Shown piece by piece: positions 12,549 to 27,848 of a stretch of 64,000 nt of DNA. A program made the position numbers and the translations under genes. This stretch comes from the human T2T-CHM13v2.0 reference genome, Homo sapiens. Numbering within the stretch: the first letter of the stretch is position 1; each line of letters begins with the position of its first letter. The stretch is taken from the NCBI RefSeq assembly GCF_009914755.1, contig NC_060936.1. One strand, given 5' to 3'. The notes under the pieces are model-generated. The model was not told the origin of the DNA, ran no database searches, and saw only the letters and a program-made list of their open reading frames with translations.

Positions 12549-14352
12549 TAACAAAGGTTATCCTATTATATTTTCTCTCTGTGTTAGACGTGCTTAAATT
12601 AAAATTTACATGTGTATTGATGGACCACAGGTCATATCCAAATCTGACTTAGACACAGACACATAATTGTGAGATCCTGGAGGTGAAGATAAAGACAATA
12701 ATTGCACAGAAGTATATTTCTCTTAATGGAGGGGCTTCATGTTTATTTATGTGTATGTTTTCAGTAGTGGTTTGTGTCATTAAGTTTTTGAAAAGGAAGG
12801 TTTTTTTTATATTTAGTTTGAAAAGAAGAATGTGCTTACATAGCCAATACTAAATGCAGTCATAAAAGTGTTTTAACATCTTTGTATGTTTGTTTCTTCA
12901 TTTCTGTCACTTCATGGTACTTTTTAAAAATTTACACAGTTACTTGTTATTGTTCATATCTTCTGTTTCTTGGCATGTTGAATAATTCCTGATTAGATGC
13001 TGGATATTATGATTTATGTTTACAGATGCCTTGATGTTGTGGTCTTCGCTTAAAGCATGTTATGTTGGTTGTCTTCATTTAAAGACTATCAGGCAGTTAA
13101 TTTACCTTACATGGAGATAAGTTTCATAATTTTGAAACCTGTTTTTAATTTTTGCTACGTATGAACTCATCTCACCTCCTCTTCAGGGATAGTTTATTCC
13201 TGCTACCAAGGACTGATCTTTCTGAATGGCCCTGGTGATTACTGATGACAGCACAATAAGAGATTAAGTGTTAACAGCATTAAAATGTCAAAGATGCGGA
13301 ACAGACAGTACAGTGTACTAAAAAATTAACGACATTTTGGGGGAGGCTAAGAAAAAGGAAGTTGTGCAGTTCCAAAAAGAGGAAATATGTTCTAAAATAA
13401 AGAGTAAAATATTAACTTAAAAGAAATCAGTAACTTCAAATGTAGATTTAAAACATTGAGGTTTACACAAAAGTGGAGGTACCAGTATTCTCTAGCTAGT
13501 AAATGATATCAAAGGTAACTCAGAGACATTTAGTTGTAAGCACATAAATTTGCTTAAGAGAGTTTTGTTAACAAAGACAAGTTACATGGGAGAGAGCAAA
13601 AGAGAGAGAACAGTTTTCAGTAATTTGGCTGGAAAGAGTTTTATTGTTCTTATGTACCTGAAGTATAGTTGGACTGAATACAAAAGTTGAGATCTGTTAT
13701 CAGATTTCCTCTGAATTTTAGTTGCACTTTCTGCCAGATGACATAATTGTTAAAAAACACAATATGATTTTGATTTCTGATCCTGTGTCTGAGGCCTAAC
13801 TTTTCTATCTGGAGACTTTCAGAATCTTGTATTTATTCCTACAATTCTGAAATTCTGCAGTGAGGTGTCTTTTAAGTCTATTTTTGTCCTTTCCATGGGG
13901 CATTCAATGTGAAGCTTTAAACAGGAAACTCACACCCTTAGCTTCTGAGAAATTTTTTTATACTTATTTCCTAATTTTCCTCGTATCTTTATTCTAATGT
14001 CTTTTTTCTAGCATTCCTTTTAGTGAAATATTAGTGCTCTTGGGTTGATATTCTACTATTATTATACTTTTTCTTTTATCTCTTCCTCTTTAGATTTTAT
14101 TACCTAGGAAATTTCTCAAGTTTTTCCTCCACCCATTTTATAGAATTTGTTTTTTTATTTTCTTATAATTTTAATTTTCAAGGATTATTTCTTGTTGTGA
14201 TCTTTTTTATAGTTTACTCTTTTTGTTTAAGTGATATACTATTTTCTTTCCCCACACCTGAGATTATGAATTATAAGAATATTTTAAGTCTTTCTTTCAT
14301 TTTTACGATCAATTCTAATTTGAACTTCATCTTATGTGTACTTGTTTTGATC

Positions 14353-14658
14353 TTTTTTTTTTTTTTTTTTGAGACGGAGTTCTGCTGTGTTGCCCAGGGT
14401 GAAGTGCAGTGACAAAATCTCGGCTCACTGCAACCTCCACCTCCCAGGTTCAAGTCAAGCGATTCTCCTGCCTCAGCCTCCCAAGTAGCTGGGATTACAA
14501 GCACGTGCCACCACACCCAGCTAATTTCTTTGTATGTTTAGTGGAGATGGGGTTTCACCATCTTGGCCAGGCTGGTCTCGAACTCCTGGCCTCAGGTGAT
14601 CCGCCTGCCTCAGCCCCCCAAAGTGCTGGGATTCAGGTGTGAGCCATCGGGCCCGGCC
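14353..14658 (-). mobile_element. AluS
   Basis: Poly-T plus full reverse Alu; tgatct flanks. Confidence 0.95.
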
Positions 14659-14946
14659 TGATCTCTTACTTTTATTGGAGACTTTTCTAAATATCTAGTA
14701 GTCCTTAAGTGTCTAACAGCATGCAAGACTGAGGTACTAAATAAGCGAAGGGAATTTCTGTGTCTGGGATCAGTGGACATCACTGGATGTTCAGGCAGAA
14801 GTTATTTATTTCTTCTTAATCTCAATATTTGTAGGTCTTTATTATGAAGCAGGTCAGTTTTTTCAAAGAGAAATTCTCCAATTTTCTTCTTGGGTGCCTT
14901 AAGCCTGATTGTCGAGGATATTGAAGTCAATTAGGAGATGTCAAAC

Positions 14947-16335
14947 TGTGTCCGGACTTGGTGGGTTCTTGGTCTCACTGACTTCAAGAACGAAGCCGTG
15001 GACCCTCGCAGTGAGTGTTACAGCTGTTAAGGTGGCGCCTCTGGAGTTTGTTCCTTCTGGCGTTCGGATGTGTTCGGAGTTTCTTCCTTCTGGTGGGTTC
15101 GGGGTCTCGCTGGCTCAGGAGTGAAGCTGCAGAACCTCAAGGTGAGTGTTACAGCTCCTAAGGCAGCGCGTCTGGAGTTGTTAGTTCCTCCCGGTGGGCT
15201 CCTGGTCTCGCTGGCTTCAGGAGTGAAGCTGCAGATGTTCGCGGTGAGTGTTACAGCTCACATAAGCAGTGCGGACCCAAAGAGTGAGCGGTAGCAAGAT
15301 TTATTGCACAGAACAGAAGAACAAAGCTTCCACAGCGTGACCGAGCGGGCTGCCACTGCTGGCTTGGGCAGCCTGCTTTTATTCTCTTATCTGGCCCCCA
15401 CCCACATCCTGCTGATTGGTAGAGCCCAGTGGTCTGTTTTGACAGGGTGCTGATTGGTGCGTTTACAATCCCTGAGCTAGACACAAAGGTTCTCCACATC
15501 CCCACCAGATTAGCTAGATACGGAGTGTCCACACAAACGTTCTCCAAGGCCCCACCAGAGTAGCTAGATACAGAGTGTCGATTGGTGCATTCACAAACCC
15601 TGAGCTAGACACAGGGTGCTGATTGGTGTATTTACAATCCCTGAGCTAGACATAAAGGTTCTCCACGTCCCCACCAGACTCAGGAGCCCAGCTGGCTTCA
15701 CCCGGTGGATCCCACACCGGGGCTGCAGGTAGAGCTGCCTGCCAGTCCCATGCTCTGCGCCCGCACTCCTCAGCGAGTCGTCCTCAGTGGTCGATGGGAC
15801 TGGGCGCCGTGAAGCAGGGGGCGGCGCTCATCGGGGAGGCTCCGGCCGCACAGGAGCCCACGGAGAGGGTGGGAGGCTCAGGCATGGCGGGCTGCAGGTC
15901 CCGAGCCCTGCCCCGCGGGAAGGCAGCTAAGGCCCGGCGAGAAATCGAGCGCAGCGCCGGTGGGCTGGCACTGCTGGGGGGCCCAGTACACCCTCCGCAG
16001 CCGCTGGCCCGGGTGCTAAGCCCCTCATTGCCCCGGGCCGGCAGGGCCTGCCGGCTGCTCCGAGTGCGGAGCCCGCCAAGCCCACGCCTACCCGGAACTC
16101 CAGCTGGCCCGCAAGCGCCGCGCGCAGCCCCGGTTCCCGCCCGCGCCCCTCCCTCCCACACCTCCCTGCAAGCTGAGGGAGCCGGCTCCGGCCTTGGCCA
16201 GCCCAGCAAGGGGCTCCCACAGTGCAGCGGTGGGCTGAAGTGCTCCTCAAGTGCCACCAAAGTGGGAGCCCCGGCAGAGGAGGCGCCGAGAGCGAGCGAG
16301 GGCTGTGACGACTGCCAGCACGCTGTCACCTCTCA
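14947..16335 (-). mobile_element. LTR12 (HERV9) solo LTR, LTR12C-like, CpG-rich
   Basis: Minus strand starts TGAGAGGTGACAGCGTGCTGGCAG and ends ..CCGGACACA; tandem CCAAT repeats; aaac/aaag flanks. Confidence 0.93.
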
Positions 16336-16574
16336 AAAGCAAGTCTGTTATTCAGAATTTCAATTAATTCCTCTGTCTTTAGTAAAGCACGTCCTCCCTT
16401 AGCCTTGCCTAGAGACTCTTACTCTGAATTCAGGCTCCTTTTGGTTCAGTAATGCCAGGCAATAAACTTCCAATCTTCAGTAGACATACAGGGTTGCCGT
16501 TTGGTTGTTCAAGGGGCTCCTTGTATATATTTTCTACTAATTCCCCAGTTTTCCCCCATATTGAACCCATACGG

Positions 16575-17130
16575 TATTAGTTTTTTATTGCTAAATAACA
16601 AATTACCTTAAGCTTTGTGGTTTAAAACAATGCACATTTGTTATCTCATAATTTCTGTATGCCAGGAGTGTAGGCGTGGCTTGGGTAGGTGCTACGCTTC
16701 AGAGACTCACAAGGCTGCAGTGAAGGTGTTGGCTGTGGCTCTCATCTCCTCTGAGGCTCATCTGGGGAAGGATCTGCTTCTAGGCTCACATGGTTGCTGG
16801 CAGCATTCACTTCCTTGTGGGCCATCAACTGAGGGCCTGAGTTTCTTGATGGCTACTAGCCAGAGGTAGCCCTCAGTTTCTTGCTGTAAGGACTTTCCCG
16901 ACATGGCACCTTGCTTTCTCAAAGCCAGCCATGAAAAGAGTCCCCTCTGGCAGACAGTTATTATAATCTTAGGCACATTCCATTCCATTCATGTAATCAT
17001 GCATATACCATTACCTTTGCTGTATTGTATTGATTAGAGGCAAATCACAAGTCCTATCCACATTCAAAGAGAGGAGATCACACAAGAGCTTGAAGACCAG
17101 AACACGGGGATGATGGGAGCCACCATAGAG
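16575..17130. mobile_element. MLT1 (MaLR) LTR
   Basis: tattagtttttt attgct..acaaattacc..tttaaaacaa..catttgttatctcata..ttctgt pattern. Confidence 0.7.
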
Positions 17131-19001
17131 TCTGTGGTGCATAGGGTCTCTGATGCTTTAGCGTCCAGGGAACTATGGCCTAAGTTACTGAACATAGTCC
17201 AAACTTTGTAGACATTTCTCATCTATGCCTAGTTGCTCCCAATCCTTTTTTATTCTATTAAATGTTTTTATTAATATAATTTTTACTGAGATTTTAGAGA
17301 AAGCAGAAACAAATACATCTGTTGAATATTACAAATGTACCTGAAAGTACCCTATTGAATTTTTAGGTAGCCTTTGTTAGTTTGAGAATTAAAACAAAAA
17401 AACTTCACATCTATGAGAAAAAAAATCAGATATATTACTTTTAATGTTTTATTGAGTTTTCTTAAAGAGCAACCTAATTTAGAATATTAATCAATGAGTT
17501 TTCAAGGCCACTTGATATATACATGCCAAAAAGTTTCCATTCAGAGAAACATCGGGTTAGATTTGTATTAATAGATTAATTTTTATGAAATTTCATACAA
17601 AATTTATAAGATTTATATTGAATGTGTTAATTTATGTGGAAATATTCATATGAAAGTAGCAATCTTAATTTACACTAAACTTATAAATACAGTTTGATGA
17701 TTTGATTAGCTAAAAGCTAACATTTACTAAGAACATTGTGTGTGTCAGGTATTGGCTCATTTAAGTCTTCTGGTATCACAACTGTAGGAGCTAGGCACCT
17801 TTATTATCCCATTTAAGTGCTGATGAGGAAAACAAGGTACTTCACTCAAAGTCACACAGAAGGATAGGAGTTGAGCAGAAATTTGAAACCAGATTACTTG
17901 ACACCAAAGCCTATAAATACAATGGTTAAACTATATTGCTTTCCCTGAAACTGGAAGTTGAGATTAAAAATGATGTCCTCCCTTCAGGGAGCTGATTTTC
18001 TAGTATGTCAATAAGTAAGTAATTTACTGACAATTGATATACAAAACAAAAATGCCCCAACAGAGCACGCATGAGATTTTACCGCAGCCCACAGGTGCAT
18101 CAGAGAGGAAGTGCCACTTGAAATAAGATGTTACATTGACATAAATAAGCATTTAGTTTTACTAAGAAACAGAGATGATGAATCAGTGGTCTAACCACAC
18201 TGAAATGGGCGGTGAAGAAGCATTTTCAGGTTTTGCAGCAATTTGTGTTAGGCTGGTTTCTCTTTGTCATTCTAGGGTTTTAAAAAACTTCATACAAATG
18301 GAATCACACAATCTCGTGATCATTTATGTTTGGCTTCTTTGCTTATCAGTAGGTTTCTGATATTTGTTTGTGTTTTTGCATGTGTAACGGGTATAGTGCT
18401 TCTTGTATGGATGCTGCAACATTTATCTATTTTATAGTTGATGGACATCTGATTCCAATTCAGGGCTATTATGAATAAAACTGCTATGAATATTGATTCC
18501 TGTCTTTGGGTGCACATACATGTTTGTTTCTATTAACGAGTGAGTGGAATTCCTGGTTCACAGAGTATGCTGATGTGCAGCTTTAGTAGAGATGACCAAA
18601 TTAAGATGGTTATTAATTTGAACTTCCTTCAGGTTTATGAACATTTCAGTTGATCTAAATTCTCACCAACCTTTGGTATTCTCAGATTTTATTTCTGTTT
18701 ATTTCTTTAAAAATTTTAGATATTCTAGTTGGTGTGTAGTGACTCCTTTAAGTTTTTTCATTTCTCTGATGACGAATTTGAGTGTTTTGATAAGCTTTTT
18801 TGCCATTTTGGTGTCCTTTTTCTGGGAAATCACTTCTGTAGTCTTTTTCTCACTTAAACATTTGTTGTTGCCTGTCTTTTTAAACCGATTCATGAGTTTG
18901 AAAACTCTCACTCTCCCATTCTTTGCTGAGAGACTTTGCGTGCACTTGGGGGCACACCCTGGACCCTCAGCAAGCAGTTCGCTGTGCTGTTCCTTCACTT
19001 C

Positions 19002-19187
19002 CTGCACAGGCTGAGCTTCGAGGTCAGCCAGAGGTGAGAGCTTAGGTTCTTCTCAGGTAACTCCTGAACCTGTTTACAGCCCTGTACATTCACACTGCAC
19101 AGGCTGAGCTTCGAGGTCAGCCAGAGGTGAGAGCTTAGGTTCTTGTCAGGTAACTCCTGAACCTGTATACAGCCCTGGACATTCACA
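19002..19187 (+). repeat. Two-copy tandem duplication, 93-bp unit
   Basis: 19002-19094 vs 19095-19187, 3 mismatches. Confidence 0.95.
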
Positions 19188-19556
19188 CTGCCCTGTGCTT
19201 TTGCACAACCTTCAAGATTCCAAGAAATATGTTGGAGATTTTGAAGCCTACTATAGACATCTCATTTCCAGTTTTTTTTTTTTTTAAGTTTTCATCAGCT
19301 CTTTGTCTCAGTTTTTATTATATTGCTGCCTCCGGAAGTTAAACAATTATCCCTGGTGTTTTTGACAAACACCCTCAGAAATTATGGAAAGAGTAGACGA
19401 ATTTAAATAGTCTGGAAGTGAGTAGGCAAGCTTCAGCAACAGTGCAAGCTGGAAGAAAAGGAGGTGTTCTGCCAGTAGGGGGCCCTGTGTGATTGAAGTT
19501 GCCATAAACTTTGACAAAAATGAAACCAGGCATTCAGCTTTAAATATATATATAAT

Positions 19557-19840
19557 TTGAGACAGAGTCTCTCTCTGTCACCCAGGCTGGAGTGCAGTGG
19601 CAGGATCTCAGCTCGCTGCAACCTCCCCCTGCCAGGTTGAAGTGATTCTCTTGCCTCAGCCTCCCGAGTAGCTGGGATCATAAGCACCTGCCACCACGCC
19701 TGGCTAATTTTTGTATTTTTAGTAGAGGTGGGTTTTCACCATGTTGGCCAGGTTGGTCTCAAACTCCTGACTTCAGGTGATCCACTCGCCTTGGCCTCCC
19801 AAAGTGCTGGGATTACAGGCATGAGCCACCATTCCCATCC
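19557..19840 (-). mobile_element. AluS
   Basis: Reverse Alu body. Confidence 0.93.
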
Positions 19841-20504
19841 AACGTCCTATATTTTTGAGTGTCAAAATACGTCATGTTTTTCCAAAGTGTCAGATTGCCT
19901 GGCTGTGAAGCGTAGATCTGAAATTTAAAGCCTTCCGGTAAAGCAATTATTTGTGACTTGGTTTTGTTACATATTAAATGAGATATTAGATCTAAGTCAC
20001 AGGGCCGTTTTGGAGATTACATGAATTATATGTAAAACATTTAGTGTCTGGCATATAGAAACACTATAGAGATGTTATAATTATTGTCGTATTTTAATCA
20101 TCCTTATTGTAATTACCGCCATCTGGTACACACTTTGTTACTTTTATTATTTTGGTGCTTTGGATAATACAGGGAGCAAGAGTGCTAAAACTTAGCAAAG
20201 TAGTGTGGGTTGAAGACCACATCATACAGAACCAGCGATAAATCAACAAGATATGACCAGTGGAGCAGACTGGAGCAACAGTTAAGAGAGAGAATTAATA
20301 AGCAACAAACAAGTTTTTAAGTACCCTCTGAGAATTCTCAGGATTACTCAGAAAAATATATTTTTAAAGGCAGAATGAGACTTCAAGTTATTTTATTTGG
20401 CTATTACAAAAAGTGTGGATAGCTTTTTTATTACAAAAAGGGTATTACCAACCCTCTTTCCACTGAGGACAATTGGAGAGTCTAGACAAAATGTTTCAAA
20501 TCGT

Positions 20505-20713
<209 letters not shown>

Positions 20714-20924
20714 TGAAAAATAAAACAATACTAATCCAAGAGATAACTGAAACCCAGAAATAAGAGCTGCTTTTCCAACAGAAAATCTTACAGATGAAAA
20801 AGCTAAGGAGTCAAGCAGGGCTCTTGGCAGTCTTCGGTGCTAGAGTAACTCCAGTCTCCAAGTAGGGGTGGGATGAAAAAATTAATAGTTCTAGTTAGTT
20901 CACCAAAAGCTGCACCCCAGACAA

Positions 20925-21178
20925 AATCTTCCGATCTTGACATCATTGGCACTTTGAGTCATATTATTCTTTCTTGCAGGGGCTGTGCAGCGCATCGTAA
21001 GATGTTTGGCAGCATCCTTTACTTTCATCCCGTAGATGCCAGTAGCCAGCCTCTTCCCCCATCTCACCTACCCTGACACTGACCCTTCACCAAGTCGAAC
21101 AATCACAAATATGTCTAGACATTGCTAAATACCCTTTGAGGGATAAAATTACCCCATCCCAGGTAGAAAAACACTGCC
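20925..21178. mobile_element. MER20 (hAT-Charlie DNA transposon)
   Basis: ggggctgtgc..taagatgtttggcagcatcc..tgtctagacattgctaaat pattern. Confidence 0.75.
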
Positions 21179-21341
21179 CTAGGAATAAGACTAATCTAAG
21201 AGTAGATTGGCTCTTGAAGGAGGTGAAACTCACCTTCAAATCCTTTCCATTACTAAAACTGAAGGAAAGTTGATCGTAGATTGCTAATGGCTGTGATGAT
21301 TTTCTAGAAGCACATTTACGTTCTTCCTGCAGGTACTTTTT

Positions 21342-21815
21342 TTGTCAAAGAAAAATTGCATCATACAAACTAAACAGGGAAGAAAGATTTTATTCAAGAC
21401 CATTGTAATAGAAGAGAGTAATTGAATCCAATTATGCTGAAGTGGGAAGATGTTTAAATACTGGAGTGAGCTGGTGGAAAAGGACCAGAGCATGTTGAGG
21501 GGACTCTGGTCAATGTGATTAGGTCATCGGTAGTTGTTAATTGAAGCTCATTGAAGTGAGGTTCCTGTGCTTCCACAGAAGCCGGAAGTAGGGGCACTGT
21601 CTCGCTTGATGGTTACATTCCAAAAGCCTGGCTCCCAGGTCTTTGAGAAAGACATTCCTGGGCTGTAAAACTGGAAAGAGGCTGGGAGAAGATTTATGTT
21701 TCAAAGAAGCAGAGAAAGAATTTGTAATTACTTTCCTAAATGATCCAAGAAAAGAAAAATCATGGATTCACAGACAAAAAGAAGTCTGAGGGAAACATTA
21801 AGGCCATCTTGGTCA
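21342..21815. mobile_element. ERV1 LTR (MER31-like)
   Basis: tgtcaaagaaaaattgca..tttattcaagaccattgtaata; family from recall. Confidence 0.5.
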
Positions 21816-21825
21816 AAGAATATAA

Positions 21826-22154
<329 letters not shown>

Positions 22155-23216
22155 TCAGTTTTTTTCTTTTTTTCTTTTTTTTAAGACAAAAGTCCAGCAC
22201 TCAACAGCAACACGAAATAAATAACTGGGTACATAAATAGAAAAGATGACATTAAAAGTTACAAATAGAAATAACAGGCAGTGGTTAAGAAATTCCAAGG
22301 GCTCTAGAAAATGCAGTATCACACACAGACTTTAAAGTAAGCATGTTCAAATATTATTTCAAAAAATCAGATTTAAGTCAATACATATTTAAATTTTAAA
22401 TAAATCATTTCTTAAATTTACATACCTATATAGTATTTAAAATGTAACAACATAAAATATTTTTAAAATACTAATATATTTAAAATGAACTCCTGGAAAT
22501 AAAATGAATATATTAGAATTTGGACTGAAACTTGGAAAGTTTGAAAAAGGAGAAGATGGAAACTCTAGAACTAAAATCCACAGTAACTAAAATTAATTTC
22601 ACAGAAGAAATAATTCTTAATCTAATAATATCTATTCTCAGCATCTCCCCCCAAAACAACCAGTCAACCTAACAAGTAAACAAAGCTAGAACAAACATTA
22701 CAGTTAATGGTAGCATATTAAAAACTTTGCCTTTGACATTGGGAACAAGACAAGGTACTCACTGTTATCATTTCCACTTAACATCATTGTTCACGATGTT
22801 AACAGATACAATATGATTTTTAGGTTATAAAACTTTGGAAAGAAAAATACAGCACACATTTACCATGGATATGATTCTGTTTATAGAAAATCCAAGAAAA
22901 TCTATCGATAAATTATTAGAAGTAATAAAGGAGTTTATAAGGCAGCTGGATACAAATTCAATATAAAAGAATCAATTGTATTTCTGTTTCTCAGAAACAA
23001 ACTGAAAATAAAAATTTTTAAAGATACTATTTTTTTATATTGCTGCCGTAACAAATTACCACAAATTTAGCAGCTTAAAACGGCACATGATTATCTTGCG
23101 GTTTCTATAGCTCAGAAGTCCAGGCACAGTTGGTTTTCTGTTTAGGGTCCTATAAGGCCAAATTCGAGGACCCGGTTGTTTTCTGGAAGCTCTGGGGAAA
23201 AATCTGCTTTTAAGCT

Positions 23217-23991
<775 letters not shown>

Positions 23992-24133
23992 AAGCTTCTT
24001 CAGGTTGTTAGCAAAACCAGTTTATTCGACTATAGTGCTGAAGTTTCCTTTTCTTCTTGGCTGAGGACTGAGAGCCTTTCTTAGCTTCTTAAGATCAACA
24101 GTCATTGTATTATTGATTTGTTGTCTAGGTACA

Positions 24134-24164
24134 TGATAGATGATAGATAGATAGATAGATGATT

Positions 24165-24203
<39 letters not shown>

Positions 24204-24205
24204 GA
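24134..24205 (+). repeat. (GATA)n microsatellite
   Basis: Direct reading. Confidence 0.95.
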
Positions 24206-24734
24206 TGGGGGTGGGGAGAGACAGATTCCTTTATCAATTATACGTGTTAGAATGTCTTCCACTCTGTGACGACTTGTCATTCTGTCCATGATGTCTTTTG
24301 AAAACTAGAAATCTGTAATTTTAAGCTTATAATGTGCAGATTTTTGTTTGTTGGTTTCAAGTTATTGGTAGGTATATGTAAAATAAGGAGAAAATAATGT
24401 GAACTTCAGGTCTCAGAACCTAGAAATTTGGAAGCAAGTCAACTTATGGTAATGTAGTTCTTTAGCATAGACGAAGCACTTTTACATGCATTATTTTAAT
24501 TACATTTTAAATTTGGCATTACAAATATTGAGAAATATGAATGGGGTGCAGCATTATCAAAGGTTAAGTTTTACTTTTCTAGATTATGCCATTTCCTTTA
24601 TAACTAGAAAAAATACAAAATGTAGTGTTGAGAGAGTGGTGACTGCCACATCTTTCCACAAAAGAAACCAAGAATCATCATCCACACACACACAAGCCAC
24701 TTGAGTGTAAAAAATAACCAAGATATATTTTAAA

Positions 24735-24945
24735 AATTTATTGTAAATTGACAAATTATAATTGTATCTATTTGTGGGGTATAATGTAGTGTTATTTGTA
24801 CACAATGTGGAATGATTCAGTCAAGCTAATTACCATATCAATCACCATCAAATACTTATAATTTTTCATTGTGAGAACATTTGAAATTTATTTGCTTCGC
24901 GATTTTGAAATGTGCAATATATTATTGTTAATTATAGCCAGCAAG
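24735..24945 (-). mobile_element. L1MA 3'-end fragment
   Basis: aattgacaaattataattgtat..gtgagaacatttgaaattta pattern. Confidence 0.7.
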
Positions 24946-24988
24946 AAATTATTTTTTAATGTCCTTTGACAATGACTTAACACAGAAG

Positions 24989-25023
24989 TGCAGTAATCTC
25001 ATACAGTCACTAGATGGCACTGC
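24989..25023 (+). promoter_or_regulatory. CTCF site (core plus upstream motif), copy 1
   Basis: TGCAGTAATC followed by TCACTAGATGGCACTGC; 18-nt offset between motif starts. Confidence 0.7.
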
Positions 25024-25191
25024 AGCTTTTGCAACAGAGATCTTTAAGACAGGCAGGAGGGGTTCTTGAAATAAACTCATTTTTCATATTTGTAATTGGT
25101 CACCAGACAGTAGAGTCATGCTTTAAATAATAAAACTATTCCCTTTAAGAATTATATATTTGTATCTATTTAAAGAAAACACTTTTTCTTA

Positions 25192-25740
<549 letters not shown>

Positions 25741-27059
25741 CTATTGTATATATTATTTTAAACTAGCAGCAATAATAGTTTGAGTATTCTTTCATATACA
25801 TAAATGTTCTTCATTATTTTTTAATGTTGGGATAGCATTTCATCATGTAGGAGCATTATATTTATTTAACTAAATCTTTGGTTTTGGACAATTAGGTAGC
25901 TTCTGATTTTTCACTACTAGAAATATCCCTTTGATAAACATTTTTGTGGTTATGTCTTGCACATCCAAGATTATTTCTTTAAAATCTCCCTCCCTCCCCA
26001 GTAAGTATTGTCAAGCTGCTTTCCAAAGGGTAAAGGAAACCAGTTTACACCATCACCAGCAGTCGTTCTGGTCATATATTTCCCAATATTTTTCCCTGAA
26101 AAATCATTTACATTTTAATTTCAGTTATAATACATTTTCATGTGCAAAATCTAATCAAATTATGAAAATTGACAGCAAGCTTAAAAATATCATTTCTATA
26201 TTAGTATCATACAATTTTTAAGTAGTTGAATACTGACTATAGCACCTAACAGTTCAATGGCATTTTAGCCTTTTTAAAAAGTTTTATCCAATCCCTACAA
26301 TTATGTGAAATGTGCAGCTGATGTATTCCCCTTTCCAGAGGAAGAAATTGAAATTATGTTGAAAAAGCAACGCAAAACACGGATAACTGATAGTTTTATT
26401 TTACACATATTTATGTAACTATCCAAGATGAATGTAGCCTACAGAGTTAAAATTTTGATAATTAGCTAAAGGTTTGAATACAGGAGTATATCTTTAATAT
26501 GCTTCCATAGCACCCTACGTTTTTCCTATTATAACATTCATCACACCATGTCAATTCATCTTGTTGTTTGTTTTACAAATAGACCACGAATTCCACAAGG
26601 CCAGTTGCCATGCGGAATTTGCTGAGTATTTTAACTCTGGTGTCCACCATAGTAGTAGGTGCTTACTTATAACTTGTGAAATGAAATTTTTAAAAGGCTT
26701 TCCAAAAACAAATACAAATAAGATATATTACGTAGAAATAGACATGTCGTGTAGAAACGCGGCTTTATGCCAATACTGGAAGTTTGAAGACATAGTGTTT
26801 CTAGTTCTAATAATCATCATGAGTATTTAATACATGCCTATGGTGTACTAGGGAGCCAGATAATGTTTTAAGTTTGTTTTCATGTACTAACTAATTTAAC
26901 ATCTAACTAATTTTAGCTGAATTTTGAACGAGTTCTGATAAAATAGCTAGTCAGCCCGCGCGTGGCAGAGATGAAACTCGGGCGGTCTGGCCCCCGTGCT
27001 TTGGGTCTCAGCAGCTCCACGCTCCACATAGATGTTTTGTAGGATCCTTAAAACAGAAG

Positions 27060-27094
27060 TGCAGTAATCTCGTATAACCACTAGATGGCACTGC
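27060..27094 (+). promoter_or_regulatory. CTCF site (core plus upstream motif), copy 2
   Basis: TGCAGTAATC followed by CCACTAGATGGCACTGC; near-consensus. Confidence 0.8.
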
Positions 27095-27848
27095 AACTTT
27101 TGTAACAGGGGACTTAGCCGGGGGCAGGAGGGGTTCTTGAGACAAACCCATTTTTTATATTTGTCATTGGTCACTTGCAAGTAGAGTCATACTTTAAATA
27201 ATAACATTATTCCCTTTAAGAATTGTATATTTTTTATCTATTTAAAGAAAACAGTTGTCCTTATGAATAAAATGACTTCAAATTATGTGTAAAAAATAAC
27301 TCTGTTATCCGTGTTTTGCGTCGCTTTTTCAACATAATTTCAACTTCTTCCTCTGGAAAGGGAAATACATGAGCTACTCATTTCACATAATTATAGGGAT
27401 TCAATAAAATTATTTGTAAAAATGATAAAATTCATTGAATTGTTAGGTGATACAGTCAGTATTCAATGACTTAAAAATTGTGTCATACTAATATAGAAAT
27501 ATTTTTAAGCTTGCTCTCAATTTTCATAATTTGATTAGATTTATGCACATAAAAATATGTTATAACTAAAATATTAATCGCAAGACATTGTTTTCTAAGA
27601 TGACTCGGGAGTAGATTGTTGGTAATGATAGAATATTACAGCTAGGAGGCTGCTTGTTTCTTTTTTCCCACAGCTGTGGGAACTCAGGAGCACAGAGGTC
27701 ATTATTTTTCACTAAGCAGTGTCTGAAATCCACATTTCTGTTTGCCGTTTGCCAATAGTTTAGAGATACCATACACATCATACATTTCCAACAAGCAGAG
27801 AAGAATATTGCAAATTACATTTATAAAACAATTTTGAAGGTAATCAAA

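Noticed and set aside
15400-15690. Regularly spaced repeats that superficially resemble a CRISPR array
   Set aside because: These are the known tandem CCAAT-containing U3 repeats of LTR12 in eukaryotic DNA.
15784-16402. Long overlapping ORFs (181, 202, 107 aa)
   Set aside because: They lie within the GC-rich part of LTR12; stop-poor composition and no protein-family signature.
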